A stretch of DNA of 64,000 nt, from IMG/VR virus record IMGVR_UViG_3300047445_000186, positions 267,777 to 331,776 of that record, one strand, 5' to 3'. The number at the start of each line of letters is the position of its first letter. The stretch's first letter is position 1. Of this stretch, positions 37,160-46,331 are shown one piece after another. The translations under genes and the position numbers were made by a program. Below the pieces are notes generated by a model that was not told where the DNA came from, ran no database searches, and saw only the letters and a list, made by a program, of their open reading frames with translations.

Positions 37160-38362
37160 ATGACATCTCCAGTCGATACCTCAGTTAAGTATTTCAGCTC
37201 GAATATGCCGAACGCTCCAGTGCTGAGCGGCACTGCCGGCGCGCTGATTGCATTGCTGGACGCTTGTCTCAAGGACGGCTTCAACTCGATTACACCGACA
37301 TCGATTGTGGTCGCTGGAGGTATCGCTACTTTGAGCTGGGCCTCTGGTACGTTCGCGGCACTGCCAGACTCGGTAGTGCTGATTGCTGGCGTGACCGACA
37401 AGACCGGCCTGAACGGTGAGCAGAAAGTGCTCACCAAGAGCGCGCTGTCAATCACGTTCGCAACTGCTGAGACTGCTGGCACTGCAACGCTCTCCGCTGC
37501 CACGGTGAAGATCGCGCCGCTTGGATGGCTGAAGCCTCAATCAGGTACCAACCTTGCAGCGTACCAATCAAGTGATTCACTGTCTACCAAGATGCTACTG
37601 CGTGTTGATGACACCGGAACCACGATGGCCCGCGTTGTCGGATACGAGTCCATGACCGATGTGAACACTGGAGTGAACCCATTCCCTTCAGCGGCTCAGA
37701 TGTCAGGTGGCGGTTATTGGTCGAAGAGCGTGAATGCGAGCGCCGCTACCGTGAATTGGTCCTTGCATGGCGATGGAAGAATCTTCTATCTTAACGTTCA
37801 GCCAGGATCGTCGAACGCTTTGGTGAATCAAATTTGTTCAGGCAAGGTCTTTGGAGACGTGATTCCGACCAAGCCGGGCGGAGACCCTTATGCCTGCTGC
37901 CTGAACTACGCCCAGACCGCAACGATTGGTAACCAGACCGATGGCGCGTTCGGCGCGTCTGGCGACTTCAAGTTCGCCATGCCTCGCGATTTCACAGGAT
38001 TGGGGTCTTCAGTGATGTACGGCGCGTGGACTTTGACTGGAAATGGCGGAGTTTCAGGTCTAGCGAACGCCCTTGGCTCGTTCCCTTCCCCAATTGACGG
38101 CGGCCTTTGGCTGTGCAAGAAGTTCCTGTACACTTCTATTCTCAGTTCCCCTCGTGCCATTTTCCCAGGCCTCCTGAACGTCGTCCAGTCTGGCGTTTGG
38201 AATTCCTTCAAGCAAGGAGACTCAGTGCCGGGGTCTGGGATTTACGCGGGTAAGAACCTGATGGCGGCAACGACATCTGACAACTCGACGGCGTTCACCA
38301 CAGCTTCTACTGCAGCTAACACTGGCATCATCTTTTTCGACGTCACAGGCCCTTGGAGATAA
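37160..38362 (+). CDS. Tail-fibre-associated protein, paralog A3 (no HRYWR partner)
   Basis: MTSPVDTSVK...FFDVTGPWR. Confidence 0.75.
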   Translation: MTSPVDTSVKYFSSNMPNAPVLSGTAGALIALLDACLKDGFNSITPTSIVVAGGIATLSWASGTFAALPDSVVLIAGVTDKTGLNGEQKVLTKSALSITFATAETAGTATLSAATVKIAPLGWLKPQSGTNLAAYQSSDSLSTKMLLRVDDTGTTMARVVGYESMTDVNTGVNPFPSAAQMSGGGYWSKSVNASAATVNWSLHGDGRIFYLNVQPGSSNALVNQICSGKVFGDVIPTKPGGDPYACCLNYAQTATIGNQTDGAFGASGDFKFAMPRDFTGLGSSVMYGAWTLTGNGGVSGLANALGSFPSPIDGGLWLCKKFLYTSILSSPRAIFPGLLNVVQSGVWNSFKQGDSVPGSGIYAGKNLMAATTSDNSTAFTTASTAANTGIIFFDVTGPWR

Positions 38363-38363
38363 G

Positions 38364-38990
38364 TTGATCCACAGTCCGTTCCATACCGTTGAGAACTTCA
38401 TCTCTCCACTGCAATGTGAAATCATTGCAGATCGCCTGAAGCTGAATGTTCCAAGCTACGCTGAAGATGGTCAGCCTCTGAAGTACGAATGCCGTGTTCC
38501 CGTTGAACTGGCAGGAAATATCGCATCAGAGCTGGACGCCCTGTCACCGCTGCTTGAGCGACGTTATGGTGCTCAGATTTCCGCTGAACCAGCGCTGTTG
38601 TTCCAGCAGTACTGGGAGAACGCGAAAGCTCCAGCAGAACAGATCGGCTGCGAGAACTCAAAGTTCTCACGGAAGAAGTGGATCAAGACGAAGGACGTCG
38701 ATCTGGTCGGATTTATCTGGCTGAAGTCGTTCCACAACTCGGTTCCGCTCGATCCTCGCCACGAGGTCTATGGCGGCAAGCTCGAATTTCCTGGGTACAA
38801 CTTCAGCCTGACGCCGGTCCGCGGCACGCTGGTAATCTTCCCAGCTACTCCGCACTTCATCACGGCCACGTCGCACGTGATGCTCGGTTCTCTTGAGCAA
38901 ATCAAGCTGAACATCAAGCTCAAGGACTGGCAGTACCAGCCTGAGAGTTTTCCAGGCACGTACCAAGAGTGGTTCTTCCCTGAAGAGTAA
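38364..38990 (+). CDS. Divergent 2OG-Fe(II) oxygenase-like protein
   Basis: ENFISP..C, YGGKLEF, GTLVIFP; canonical HxD not evident. Confidence 0.6.
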   Translation: MIHSPFHTVENFISPLQCEIIADRLKLNVPSYAEDGQPLKYECRVPVELAGNIASELDALSPLLERRYGAQISAEPALLFQQYWENAKAPAEQIGCENSKFSRKKWIKTKDVDLVGFIWLKSFHNSVPLDPRHEVYGGKLEFPGYNFSLTPVRGTLVIFPATPHFITATSHVMLGSLEQIKLNIKLKDWQYQPESFPGTYQEWFFPEE

Positions 38991-39062
38991 TCTGTAACGG
39001 CGTTACAGATTCGTTTACACGCATTCCCAGGATGCTGTACAATTCACCATCGACACTGAAAC
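38989..39062 (+). promoter_or_regulatory. Early sigma70-like promoter with upstream palindrome
   Basis: AATCTGTAAC-GGC-GTTACAGATT perfect inverted repeat; TTTACA-N18-TACAAT. Confidence 0.8.
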
Positions 39063-39063
39063 G

Positions 39064-39390
39064 ATGATGAACATGAAAAATCCCGCCCTCGCAAATCTCA
39101 CGCCGGTCAGCTCCGAATCGCTGAGCTGCTCGATGGCGCGGAAACTGCTCCTGGGCGATATCAGCGATCTGAACGTCCGTCGCTTCGAACACATCTACAA
39201 CGACCCCCGCCCGCACGTCGGTCTTGCTCTGAAGGGCAAGGAAGGGAACGTCACGGTCTGGGCCCTCACGAAGGAACTCCGCGACGAACGCGAGAACGAG
39301 CTGATCGGTTGGGAACTCACGCCGATTCGCGAAACCATCGAAGCTCAGCCGTCGCTCGCCGGCTGGACCCTCCGTTTGCTGAACGACTAA
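39064..39390 (+). CDS. Early hypothetical protein
   Basis: First ORF after early promoter. Confidence 0.7.
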   Translation: MMNMKNPALANLTPVSSESLSCSMARKLLLGDISDLNVRRFEHIYNDPRPHVGLALKGKEGNVTVWALTKELRDERENELIGWELTPIRETIEAQPSLAGWTLRLLND

Positions 39391-39402
39391 GAAGGAAAAA
39401 TC

Positions 39403-39681
39403 ATGGCAAGCTTCAACGACTTCCCGGCGAACTGGCGCGAAATCACGCAAGAGGTGTTCGCCAAGAGCCGGCACTTCACGTTCGCGCCGGTGAACATCGA
39501 GTTCCGGCAGATGATCGATCGGAATGATCGCTCCAAGCCGCCGCTGAATGCCAGGCTCGAGTGGCAAGCCGACGGCACCGGGTACTCGATCGTGAACGAC
39601 TACTGGGCCGGGACCGTGAAGCTCTTCGCGTTCGGCGAGCGTACGCCCGGTCTGGTCGAAAACTTCGATTCTTCGGACTGA
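39403..39681 (+). CDS. Early hypothetical protein
   Basis: SD AAGGA. Confidence 0.7.
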   Translation: MASFNDFPANWREITQEVFAKSRHFTFAPVNIEFRQMIDRNDRSKPPLNARLEWQADGTGYSIVNDYWAGTVKLFAFGERTPGLVENFDSSD

Positions 39682-39683
39682 TC

Positions 39684-39989
39684 ATGTCGATCTCCATCGT
39701 CGCCGGCGGCGACCTGTACAAGCGGCTCCAGCAGGAGATGCTGATCAACGTTCCGCGCCAGACCACCCTGACCGGGTTTCAAGAGCGGATTGCTGACCGC
39801 GGCTTTCGCGGCGCTGAGCTGATCGAAGGTGCGCATGGTTGGTGCCTTCGGTACGACTCTGGTCTGCAGGGTTTCGACATCATCAAGGTCGACGGTCTTC
39901 CGGGCACGTTCTTCACGGCATGCAAGAAGGCCACGGCCTGGGTCGCCGAAGACCCACTTCATCGGTACGCTTTTGTGAGGACAGTATGA
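39684..39989 (+). CDS. Early hypothetical protein
   Basis: MSISIVAGG...; in operon. Confidence 0.6.
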   Translation: MSISIVAGGDLYKRLQQEMLINVPRQTTLTGFQERIADRGFRGAELIEGAHGWCLRYDSGLQGFDIIKVDGLPGTFFTACKKATAWVAEDPLHRYAFVRTV

Positions 39990-40300
39990 GAGCACATCTC
40001 TGTTTCATCGGTGGCGGCGATCGCATCGAACGGTACTGCCCGGGCTGCATCGACGAAAGGCGAGCCATGAAAATGAACATCGTGTACTGCCATGTCGGGT
40101 ACGACCAAGCGTCGGCCCACTCCAGAATCAAGCCGAACATGCCTGACAACATGAGGCTCACGTTCAATGACGCTGGCGTGCTGATCCGCGCCGATGTCCT
40201 GTCGCCGATCGAGCGGCGGGTGAAAGCCATGCGCGCGGCCGATGTGGAACAATCCGATCGCGAATACATTCTGTCTACTCAACGTAAGGGGAAAATCTGA
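39986..40300 (+). CDS. Early hypothetical protein
   Basis: MRAHLC..CPGC; SD GAGGA; coupled. Confidence 0.55.
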   Translation: MRAHLCFIGGGDRIERYCPGCIDERRAMKMNIVYCHVGYDQASAHSRIKPNMPDNMRLTFNDAGVLIRADVLSPIERRVKAMRAADVEQSDREYILSTQRKGKI

Positions 40301-40539
40301 TGTGGGAAAACCGTCGCAATGCTGGCTCGGCGAGCTGGACCGGAGTTGACAAGAAGAAGGTCGACGCGGCCAAGAAGAAGGAATGGCTCCAGAAGCTGAA
40401 CCAAGGCAAGCGCGGCCAGAAGGGGTTCACGCTGATCGAGCTCATGATCGTGCTCGCGATGGTCACGATCGTTCTCGCCATGGTCGGCCCCGGCATGTGG
40501 GGTTACCTTGGTGAACTTTTCGCGGTCGTGTCGAAATGA
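40300..40539 (+). CDS. Type IV prepilin-like peptide (class III signal, N-methylation motif, no globular head)
   Basis: Basic leader ..GKRGQKG|FTLIELMIVLAMVTIVLAMVGP with E at +5; SD AAGGGG. Confidence 0.8.
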   Translation: MWENRRNAGSASWTGVDKKKVDAAKKKEWLQKLNQGKRGQKGFTLIELMIVLAMVTIVLAMVGPGMWGYLGELFAVVSK

Positions 40540-40787
40540 GCGACGCAATGAATGAGCTGTTCGCAGCGACTGAAAAGCGGCGCGCTGAAATCCAACTCGA
40601 GCACATCGAGAAGATGATCGAGATGTCAAATCAGATCGCCAAAGATCTGCTGAACGGAATCGGCTTTGAGGAGCGGCCGAAGCTCAGCGATCATAAGATG
40701 CAGCTCATCTTGCTGAACAACATGGCGAACAAGCTTCAGCGCCGTGTGATCATGATGCTGGCTGCGGCCGGTCAAGACGGCACGTAA
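40536..40787 (+). CDS. Early hypothetical helical protein
   Basis: Coupled; 3' end overlaps the convergent gene. Confidence 0.6.
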   Translation: MSDAMNELFAATEKRRAEIQLEHIEKMIEMSNQIAKDLLNGIGFEERPKLSDHKMQLILLNNMANKLQRRVIMMLAAAGQDGT

Positions 40788-43186
40788 TCCTGCCAAGACC
40801 CGATGTTCTGACTTGGTCCTACCCAGTGGTAGACCTTGTTCAGAACGCCTAGATCGCCAGTGTCGAGCTCGGCGTAATTCATGTGAATCAAGACTCGCTT
40901 CGGTCCAGTGTTCAGGACTGCAGGCGAGATTGGCAGGCCATCGCCTCCCGTGAGAGTCATTGGCTCGAACGCTGACAGAAGCTTCTCGTCTCCCTTGTCG
41001 TCTTGCGAGTCCTCGTTCTTTTTGGACGAGGACGGTCCGCTTCCGGAATCCCCACCAGCACTTGTTCCAACAATCGCGCCTGGAGTACCTTCAGGTCGAT
41101 CTGGCATGTACACCCACGTGTCGCCATTCAGGGAGGCCCGGAGCTCTCCAATGTCCCAGCCTGTTGTACTACTTGTACTGCCAGAGCCGGTGTCTCCGGT
41201 GTCGCCTGAAGAGCCCGAGTCGCCTCCTGCCGAGGTGTCTCCACCAGCAGAAGTATCTTCTGGCGTGATCGTCTTCAGGACGAGATCGTATGTGCGAACC
41301 CGAGGGCGAATGTACAGGACCCCGTTCGTCGGCCACACGACGGACCCGAGCTTGAACGAGACTGCAGGGTTGCTGAACAATTTGCCTGGGGTGACAGTTC
41401 CGAGATCCTTCACAAGGGTCCCGACGTCGTCGGCTATTTGCCAACTAATGCCGTATAAACTCGCCCCTAACGAGCCATTCGGCGCCTTTTGAATTCTGAT
41501 CTCTTGGTCCCAGTCGAGTTTCAAGCTAAGCAGATCAATGTCGGGGATCGACATATTCTGCACGCTCAATGACTCGTCTGGAGCGAGAGCTGTGTGCTGG
41601 ATTACGCAGAGACCTTCACTGAGATCGTCGTTCTCGACGACACTGATCCTAATCAAATTGGCTGCTTGACCACGTTCAACTGATCTAAAATAGGTACCAC
41701 CTGCCCACAGTCGCGCGCGGGTGCTTGATGACGTCTTCAGGAACACTGGCCCCTGCATCGTCGGCTTGAACTCGCCCTTAACCGGCGCTTGTTGCGCAGC
41801 AATCTTAACGACATCCAGTGTCGCGGGTCTGCCAGTGATCTTGAACGTGCCAGCCGTCGCCCGTACAATCGGAGCAATCTTAGCGGTCGATGGGTAACCA
41901 GTGACAGTGAACGCGCCTGTTCCAAGGAACATTGGCCGATCAATGAGCCGCCAGACCGTGAAGTTCGCGCCATTGCTGCCGATCGTGAACGCACCAATAC
42001 TTGGTGAGAGCTTGTACGAGAGCTTGCTCTCAATCGACGTGCTGCCGATAATGAAGTTCGCCGTTCCAGCATTGATCTTCCGCTGGAACAGGTACTTGGT
42101 GTCGCGACCCTGAACGGCGTACGCACCTGTCGCTCCAGCTGGAACGTGGTTGTACACCCAGCGCATGCTTGGCGCACTGATTGTGAACGTACCCGCCAAG
42201 AACCCAGCGCCAGTAGACGAAATTAGCGCTGTAGATCCGTCAATCGAGAATGCGCCAACGGCTGGCGACCACTGATGTCCGCGCCAGATCTTTGCCGAGC
42301 GGGTCCCAATGCTGAACGAACCTGTTCCTGCTCGAATCGCGCGACCAAGCGATGTCGTGGAAAGAACACCGGTGATGTTGAACGCAGCGGGATCAACTCG
42401 CCAGGCGGTGTTGTTCTTCGTGAACGCAGCTGGAGGCGTATCAATCGTGAATGCCTGCGGAACAGGCACGTTGATACGACGGGATCTAATGTAAGACGCC
42501 GCTGGGTAATCAATCGTGAACGTGCTGGTCGATGTGAACCACTTACGTCCAGTGAACTTGAACAGGACATCGCGACCAGTGATCGTGTACGCACCAGTCG
42601 TCTCACCCCATGCTCGCGTTCTTGCAATTCGGCCATTTGATCCAACGACCGTGAATGACGATGGTGGCAGGAACCACTCAAGATCTGCGCGTTGGAAGAA
42701 CGCCAGATAGCTGTTGTCGATCGTAAAGACGCCTGGCTGCGTTCTAAGCTTGTGCGCTACCGACGGCTGAACAGTTGCCCCAGTGTACGTGAATACGCCA
42801 GGTGATACAGGGAACTTATGGGCGAACGTGATTTTGGCTGGGAAGCCAACTACGTTGAACGCGCCAGTCGGCGCTGGCATTGTGCGCGTGAGCGATTGCC
42901 GTGCCGAATTTCCAGAGTAATTGAACGTGCCTGGTGCTAGCGACCAGAACACCGATGTCGAAATCGCCGCCGACGACGGCGTGATCGAGAACGCCCCTGG
43001 CGTTGCATCGAAGGAATATGAGTTCGCGGTTCCAACAGAACCGAATAGCAGGGTAACCGAGGACGCCCCTGCAGTAGGAACGCCCGCGAACGTCAGGTGG
43101 GCCGCAGACGACATCGGCGTCAACGACCCAGAGACGGTACTTACGGCGAAAGAGCTAGGTGTACAACTGAGGAGATAGTCAGCCAC
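40772..43186 (-). CDS. Virion structural protein with ~25-aa beta repeats (GxFTITG)
   Basis: Many PG(A/T/V)F(S/T)I(T/D)G-like units followed by a globular C-terminus. Confidence 0.7.
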   Translation of the reverse strand: MADYLLSCTPSSFAVSTVSGSLTPMSSAAHLTFAGVPTAGASSVTLLFGSVGTANSYSFDATPGAFSITPSSAAISTSVFWSLAPGTFNYSGNSARQSLTRTMPAPTGAFNVVGFPAKITFAHKFPVSPGVFTYTGATVQPSVAHKLRTQPGVFTIDNSYLAFFQRADLEWFLPPSSFTVVGSNGRIARTRAWGETTGAYTITGRDVLFKFTGRKWFTSTSTFTIDYPAASYIRSRRINVPVPQAFTIDTPPAAFTKNNTAWRVDPAAFNITGVLSTTSLGRAIRAGTGSFSIGTRSAKIWRGHQWSPAVGAFSIDGSTALISSTGAGFLAGTFTISAPSMRWVYNHVPAGATGAYAVQGRDTKYLFQRKINAGTANFIIGSTSIESKLSYKLSPSIGAFTIGSNGANFTVWRLIDRPMFLGTGAFTVTGYPSTAKIAPIVRATAGTFKITGRPATLDVVKIAAQQAPVKGEFKPTMQGPVFLKTSSSTRARLWAGGTYFRSVERGQAANLIRISVVENDDLSEGLCVIQHTALAPDESLSVQNMSIPDIDLLSLKLDWDQEIRIQKAPNGSLGASLYGISWQIADDVGTLVKDLGTVTPGKLFSNPAVSFKLGSVVWPTNGVLYIRPRVRTYDLVLKTITPEDTSAGGDTSAGGDSGSSGDTGDTGSGSTSSTTGWDIGELRASLNGDTWVYMPDRPEGTPGAIVGTSAGGDSGSGPSSSKKNEDSQDDKGDEKLLSAFEPMTLTGGDGLPISPAVLNTGPKRVLIHMNYAELDTGDLGVLNKVYHWVGPSQNIGSWQDYVPS

Positions 43187-43207
43187 GTAACGGCACCGTT
43201 AGGCCGA

Positions 43208-43651
43208 TTACGTCAGCGTCAGAATCGTACCTGGCGTAGCCGAGTTGAACTGAATCGTGACCGTTTCCGTATCGCCCAGCGTAATGCTGGTACCGTAGTC
43301 GTACCAGCCAACAACAGCGTCGGCTGGCGACGTTGCGGTGTCATTGTACAGGACAGCGTACCGGAATGGACCGATCGAACCACCAGTTGCGGTGAACACA
43401 ACCTGCGTACCGAGCACCGAGGTAACGCCCGAAGAGACGCTCAGTGTGATCGTTGTTGCCGAACCACCAGTTGGGTAACCGACGGCCGAAGTTGGCGGCG
43501 CGTGTGCGCTGACCAGGTCAAGCGTTGTTTGCGAAGCAATAGGCGCAACGTTCGTCAGGCAGACCTTGTAAACGTCGGTAGCAAAGTGATGCACACCCTT
43601 GATGACCTGCTGCGAGAAGTCATTGAACTTGTTGAATGCTGAAACAGCCAT
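43208..43651 (-). CDS. Phage tail/structural protein (ORF track lists +, but it is on the - strand)
   Basis: CAT at 43649-43651 and TTA at 43208-43210; YKVCLTN..GYPTGG..FTATGGSIGPFRYAVLYNDT; TAAATA on - strand at 43684-43689. Confidence 0.8.
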   Translation of the reverse strand: MAVSAFNKFNDFSQQVIKGVHHFATDVYKVCLTNVAPIASQTTLDLVSAHAPPTSAVGYPTGGSATTITLSVSSGVTSVLGTQVVFTATGGSIGPFRYAVLYNDTATSPADAVVGWYDYGTSITLGDTETVTIQFNSATPGTILTLT

Positions 43652-43713
43652 GATTATCCTTAAGAGGGACTGGAGATACCGGCTATTTACACGCTATCTA
43701 CGCGGTCCAAAAA

Positions 43714-44010
43714 TCACTCTTCGATTGAAACGTCAGGTGAGCCCTGGATCGCGACACCATCGTGCCAGCGCTTTCCACAGATGTGGAGCATGATCCGCGT
43801 CTTGTTCTTCAGAGCGACAGGCTGCTTGTTCACAAAGACCGTGTTCGAAAAGTTCGAAATGAACACGGACGGTGGGAAGCAGTAATGTCCAGTCGTCATT
43901 CGCTGACCCATGTGCGTGATCGGCATTCCGTTCGCGAACACGTTATCAGATCCCTGAGCACTGAAGTCACCACAGGAAACGCCATCACCGATCCGGACTA
44001 CGTTCCCCAT
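43714..44010 (-). CDS. PAAR spike-tip protein (T4 gp5.4-like)
   Basis: RIGD..CG..AQGSDNVFANG; H.CFPP; VFVN; QGSPDV. Confidence 0.88.
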   Translation of the reverse strand: MGNVVRIGDGVSCGDFSAQGSDNVFANGMPITHMGQRMTTGHYCFPPSVFISNFSNTVFVNKQPVALKNKTRIMLHICGKRWHDGVAIQGSPDVSIEE

Positions 44011-45617
44011 TATGTCAGGCTCTGCACGTACGACATCGACTTCGAAGCACGATCAAGCCAACCGTTCTGATACTTCGGATTTCCGATGTTCTTGATGAAC
44101 TGTACTCGAGCAGCGTTCAGCTTCCGGCAATCTTCAAGTGCCTTATCGGCCGAGTCACTTGTCGCGCTTGTGATCCCGGCATTCGCGTAGATCGTCCGAG
44201 CATTACCACAGCCATGGTGATAATTGATGTCGAACAACATCACCCCAACCTTCTTTGCCTTGTTCGCACAGGACGAAGAGCTGATCTTCCAGTAGTTGTT
44301 GAACCCCATCTGCTTCGCAGCAGCGTAGTCCATTGTCGTGACCTTCACGCTAGGATTCGGCTTCTGAGCAATCCCGAACTTCGTTTCTCCACCTGGGAAA
44401 TTCTGCGTGTTCACGTACCCGACCTTGTAGCGTTGCTGCTTCGTCTCAATCAGACCAGCATCGAGCTCAGAGTCGCCTGGAGAGAATTGCGGAGACGTCA
44501 TCCAGTGTGGACCGACCTCGCTTTGCATCGTGAACTTCCAAGCCTTTTCGAATGGATCGTCTGACTCTGGCGTAGGGTCTGTCGTCTCTGGAGGATCTGC
44601 AGCCGGGTATGTTGGGCCGTACGGCTCGCAGCTGTTCTGCTTTGCTTCGGCTTCCTTCTCGGACATCGAAGCATTCGAATTCTTGGTGCTCAGTGACGAT
44701 TGATCTGCGTCACCATTCGGCAGAGTCTTATCTGCAACAGTGAGCGAACCATTGATCAGCGGTTCTGGATCGACGAACTTGCCGTCAGGGAGCTTCACTT
44801 CAAAGTGCAAGTGATTGCCAGTGCTGGAACCAGTCGTACCTTCAAGCGCGATCTTTTGGCCAGCCATAACCTTCTGGCCTTGAGTGACGTAGATCTTGTT
44901 CAAGTGATTGTACGTGGTCGTACAAAGGTGCTTACCAGACGAAGTGGTGTGCTTCACCCAGACACGAATGCCGTACCCAGTGCTTGGATTACCGCCGCAC
45001 ATTTGAACTTCACCGTCAGCTGCAGCAACGACGTCCTTCACTGAACGATCAGAGTACTTCATGTCGATCCCAGTGTGCATCTTCTGCACCTTCTGGATTG
45101 GGTGCATCCGCAGTCCGAACTTAGAGTTCACGATTGCGCCAGGCAGTGGAGAGATCAAACGAATCTCGTCACTCTCACCGCCCTTTGTAGGAGCGATCAC
45201 GAATGCACGATTGTCAATTGTGCCGTCTGGATCAGAGGCTTCAACTTGGACGTTGTACGTCTTACCGATTGCTTCATCACTGAACGTGCCAGAGAGCAGA
45301 CCTTCAGTCGTCATTGTCAGACCTGGAGGAGTCTCAGAGATCGTCCATGACGTTGCTGTCCGATCAGAGCCAGCAGTAAGCTTGAACTGAGTGTTCGTGC
45401 TCACTGCACTGGAAGAACGAGTAAGAGGAACAGAGTTGTTCTCGATCTTGTTCTTCACGTTATCAGTTGCGTCATCATGCTTGCCAGAGGTGTTCCCACC
45501 ACGCGCCATGTAGCACTCGATACTTTCGCCTGGACGAATATCGGATTCAGCACCGTTCGCTTCATTGAAAGCTCCGCCGACTGATACCGCAGCCGGAGCG
45601 CCTGGGCAGCATGACAT
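44010..45617 (-). CDS. Ig-like + M23 peptidase + GH108-like muramidase protein
   Basis: PPGLTM..GLLSGT Ig; HTGID, YNHL, STGNHLHFEV (M23); GGETKFGI, NYW, FDINYHHG, YQNGWLDR (GH108/PG-binding). Confidence 0.85.
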   Translation of the reverse strand: MSCCPGAPAAVSVGGAFNEANGAESDIRPGESIECYMARGGNTSGKHDDATDNVKNKIENNSVPLTRSSSAVSTNTQFKLTAGSDRTATSWTISETPPGLTMTTEGLLSGTFSDEAIGKTYNVQVEASDPDGTIDNRAFVIAPTKGGESDEIRLISPLPGAIVNSKFGLRMHPIQKVQKMHTGIDMKYSDRSVKDVVAAADGEVQMCGGNPSTGYGIRVWVKHTTSSGKHLCTTTYNHLNKIYVTQGQKVMAGQKIALEGTTGSSTGNHLHFEVKLPDGKFVDPEPLINGSLTVADKTLPNGDADQSSLSTKNSNASMSEKEAEAKQNSCEPYGPTYPAADPPETTDPTPESDDPFEKAWKFTMQSEVGPHWMTSPQFSPGDSELDAGLIETKQQRYKVGYVNTQNFPGGETKFGIAQKPNPSVKVTTMDYAAAKQMGFNNYWKISSSSCANKAKKVGVMLFDINYHHGCGNARTIYANAGITSATSDSADKALEDCRKLNAARVQFIKNIGNPKYQNGWLDRASKSMSYVQSLT

Positions 45618-45907
45618 TACTTCTTCTCTTCCTTAGTGACTGGTTGCTCGTAGAACGAGATCAACTCTTTGATCAGCGACTCGAGGTCCATCTGACGCTT
45701 CTCATTCGCGATGATCCACTGAGCGAGCTCAAGCTGATTTGCCGTTTGAACGTCAATCGGAGCTGGGTAAACGGGGATCTGCTTCTGAGCAGCCGAGGCA
45801 GTACGGACGACGTACTTCGTTTCAGTCACGACGTCTCGCTTTGTCTCGAACGTGCCAAAGCAGCCAGTCAACATCAGCGCTGCGATAATTGCAACAAGGT
45901 ATTTCAT
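45617..45907 (-). CDS. o-spanin (Rz1-like lipoprotein)
   Basis: Lipobox LTGC after signal peptide; downstream of i-spanin. Confidence 0.75.
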   Translation of the reverse strand: MKYLVAIIAALMLTGCFGTFETKRDVVTETKYVVRTASAAQKQIPVYPAPIDVQTANQLELAQWIIANEKRQMDLESLIKELISFYEQPVTKEEKK

Positions 45908-46311
45908 TTCACGACCTTTGGAGTGCGTTGAGCCTGAATCCGAGCGATAACTTCCTGCAGAACAGGGCTGAGCTTCACTTGATTCTCTGGGTTCGAGGCT
46001 TGGTTCTTGATCACATCACCGAGAGCGGTGATCACCTTTGCATCACGTTGACGAGCAGCTTCCAGATTTGCGAGAGACACTTCAATGTCTTTCTTTTCTT
46101 TCTTCATCGCGTCAATCGTCTCGGTGCTGGTCTTGTTCGCAGTGATTGCCGTATCAAGAGCGCGTTCAGCAGATTCCTTGGCAGCAACTGCCTCGACCCG
46201 AGCCGTGTTCGCTCTTTGGAGCTTCACGTACTGTAGTCCGCCCCAAGCACCAACGCTTGCGATCGCGATCGCTGCGAAAATCGCAATGATCTTAGTTGAG
46301 ATACCGAACAT
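45904..46311 (-). CDS. i-spanin (Rz-like)
   Basis: N-terminal TM helix plus coiled coil. Confidence 0.72.
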   Translation of the reverse strand: MFGISTKIIAIFAAIAIASVGAWGGLQYVKLQRANTARVEAVAAKESAERALDTAITANKTSTETIDAMKKEKKDIEVSLANLEAARQRDAKVITALGDVIKNQASNPENQVKLSPVLQEVIARIQAQRTPKVVK

Positions 46312-46331
46312 GGGAGTTATCCTCTAGTATG

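Noticed and set aside
19504-38362. Diversity-generating retroelement or invertible shufflon acting on the fibres
   Set aside because: No reverse transcriptase, no adenine-specific TR/VR pair, no invertase or inverted crossover sites seen; paralogs differ at all base types
43208-43651. ORF track strand '+' for the 147-aa protein
   Set aside because: The sequence shows the start (CAT at 43649-43651) and stop (TTA at 43208-43210) on the minus strand
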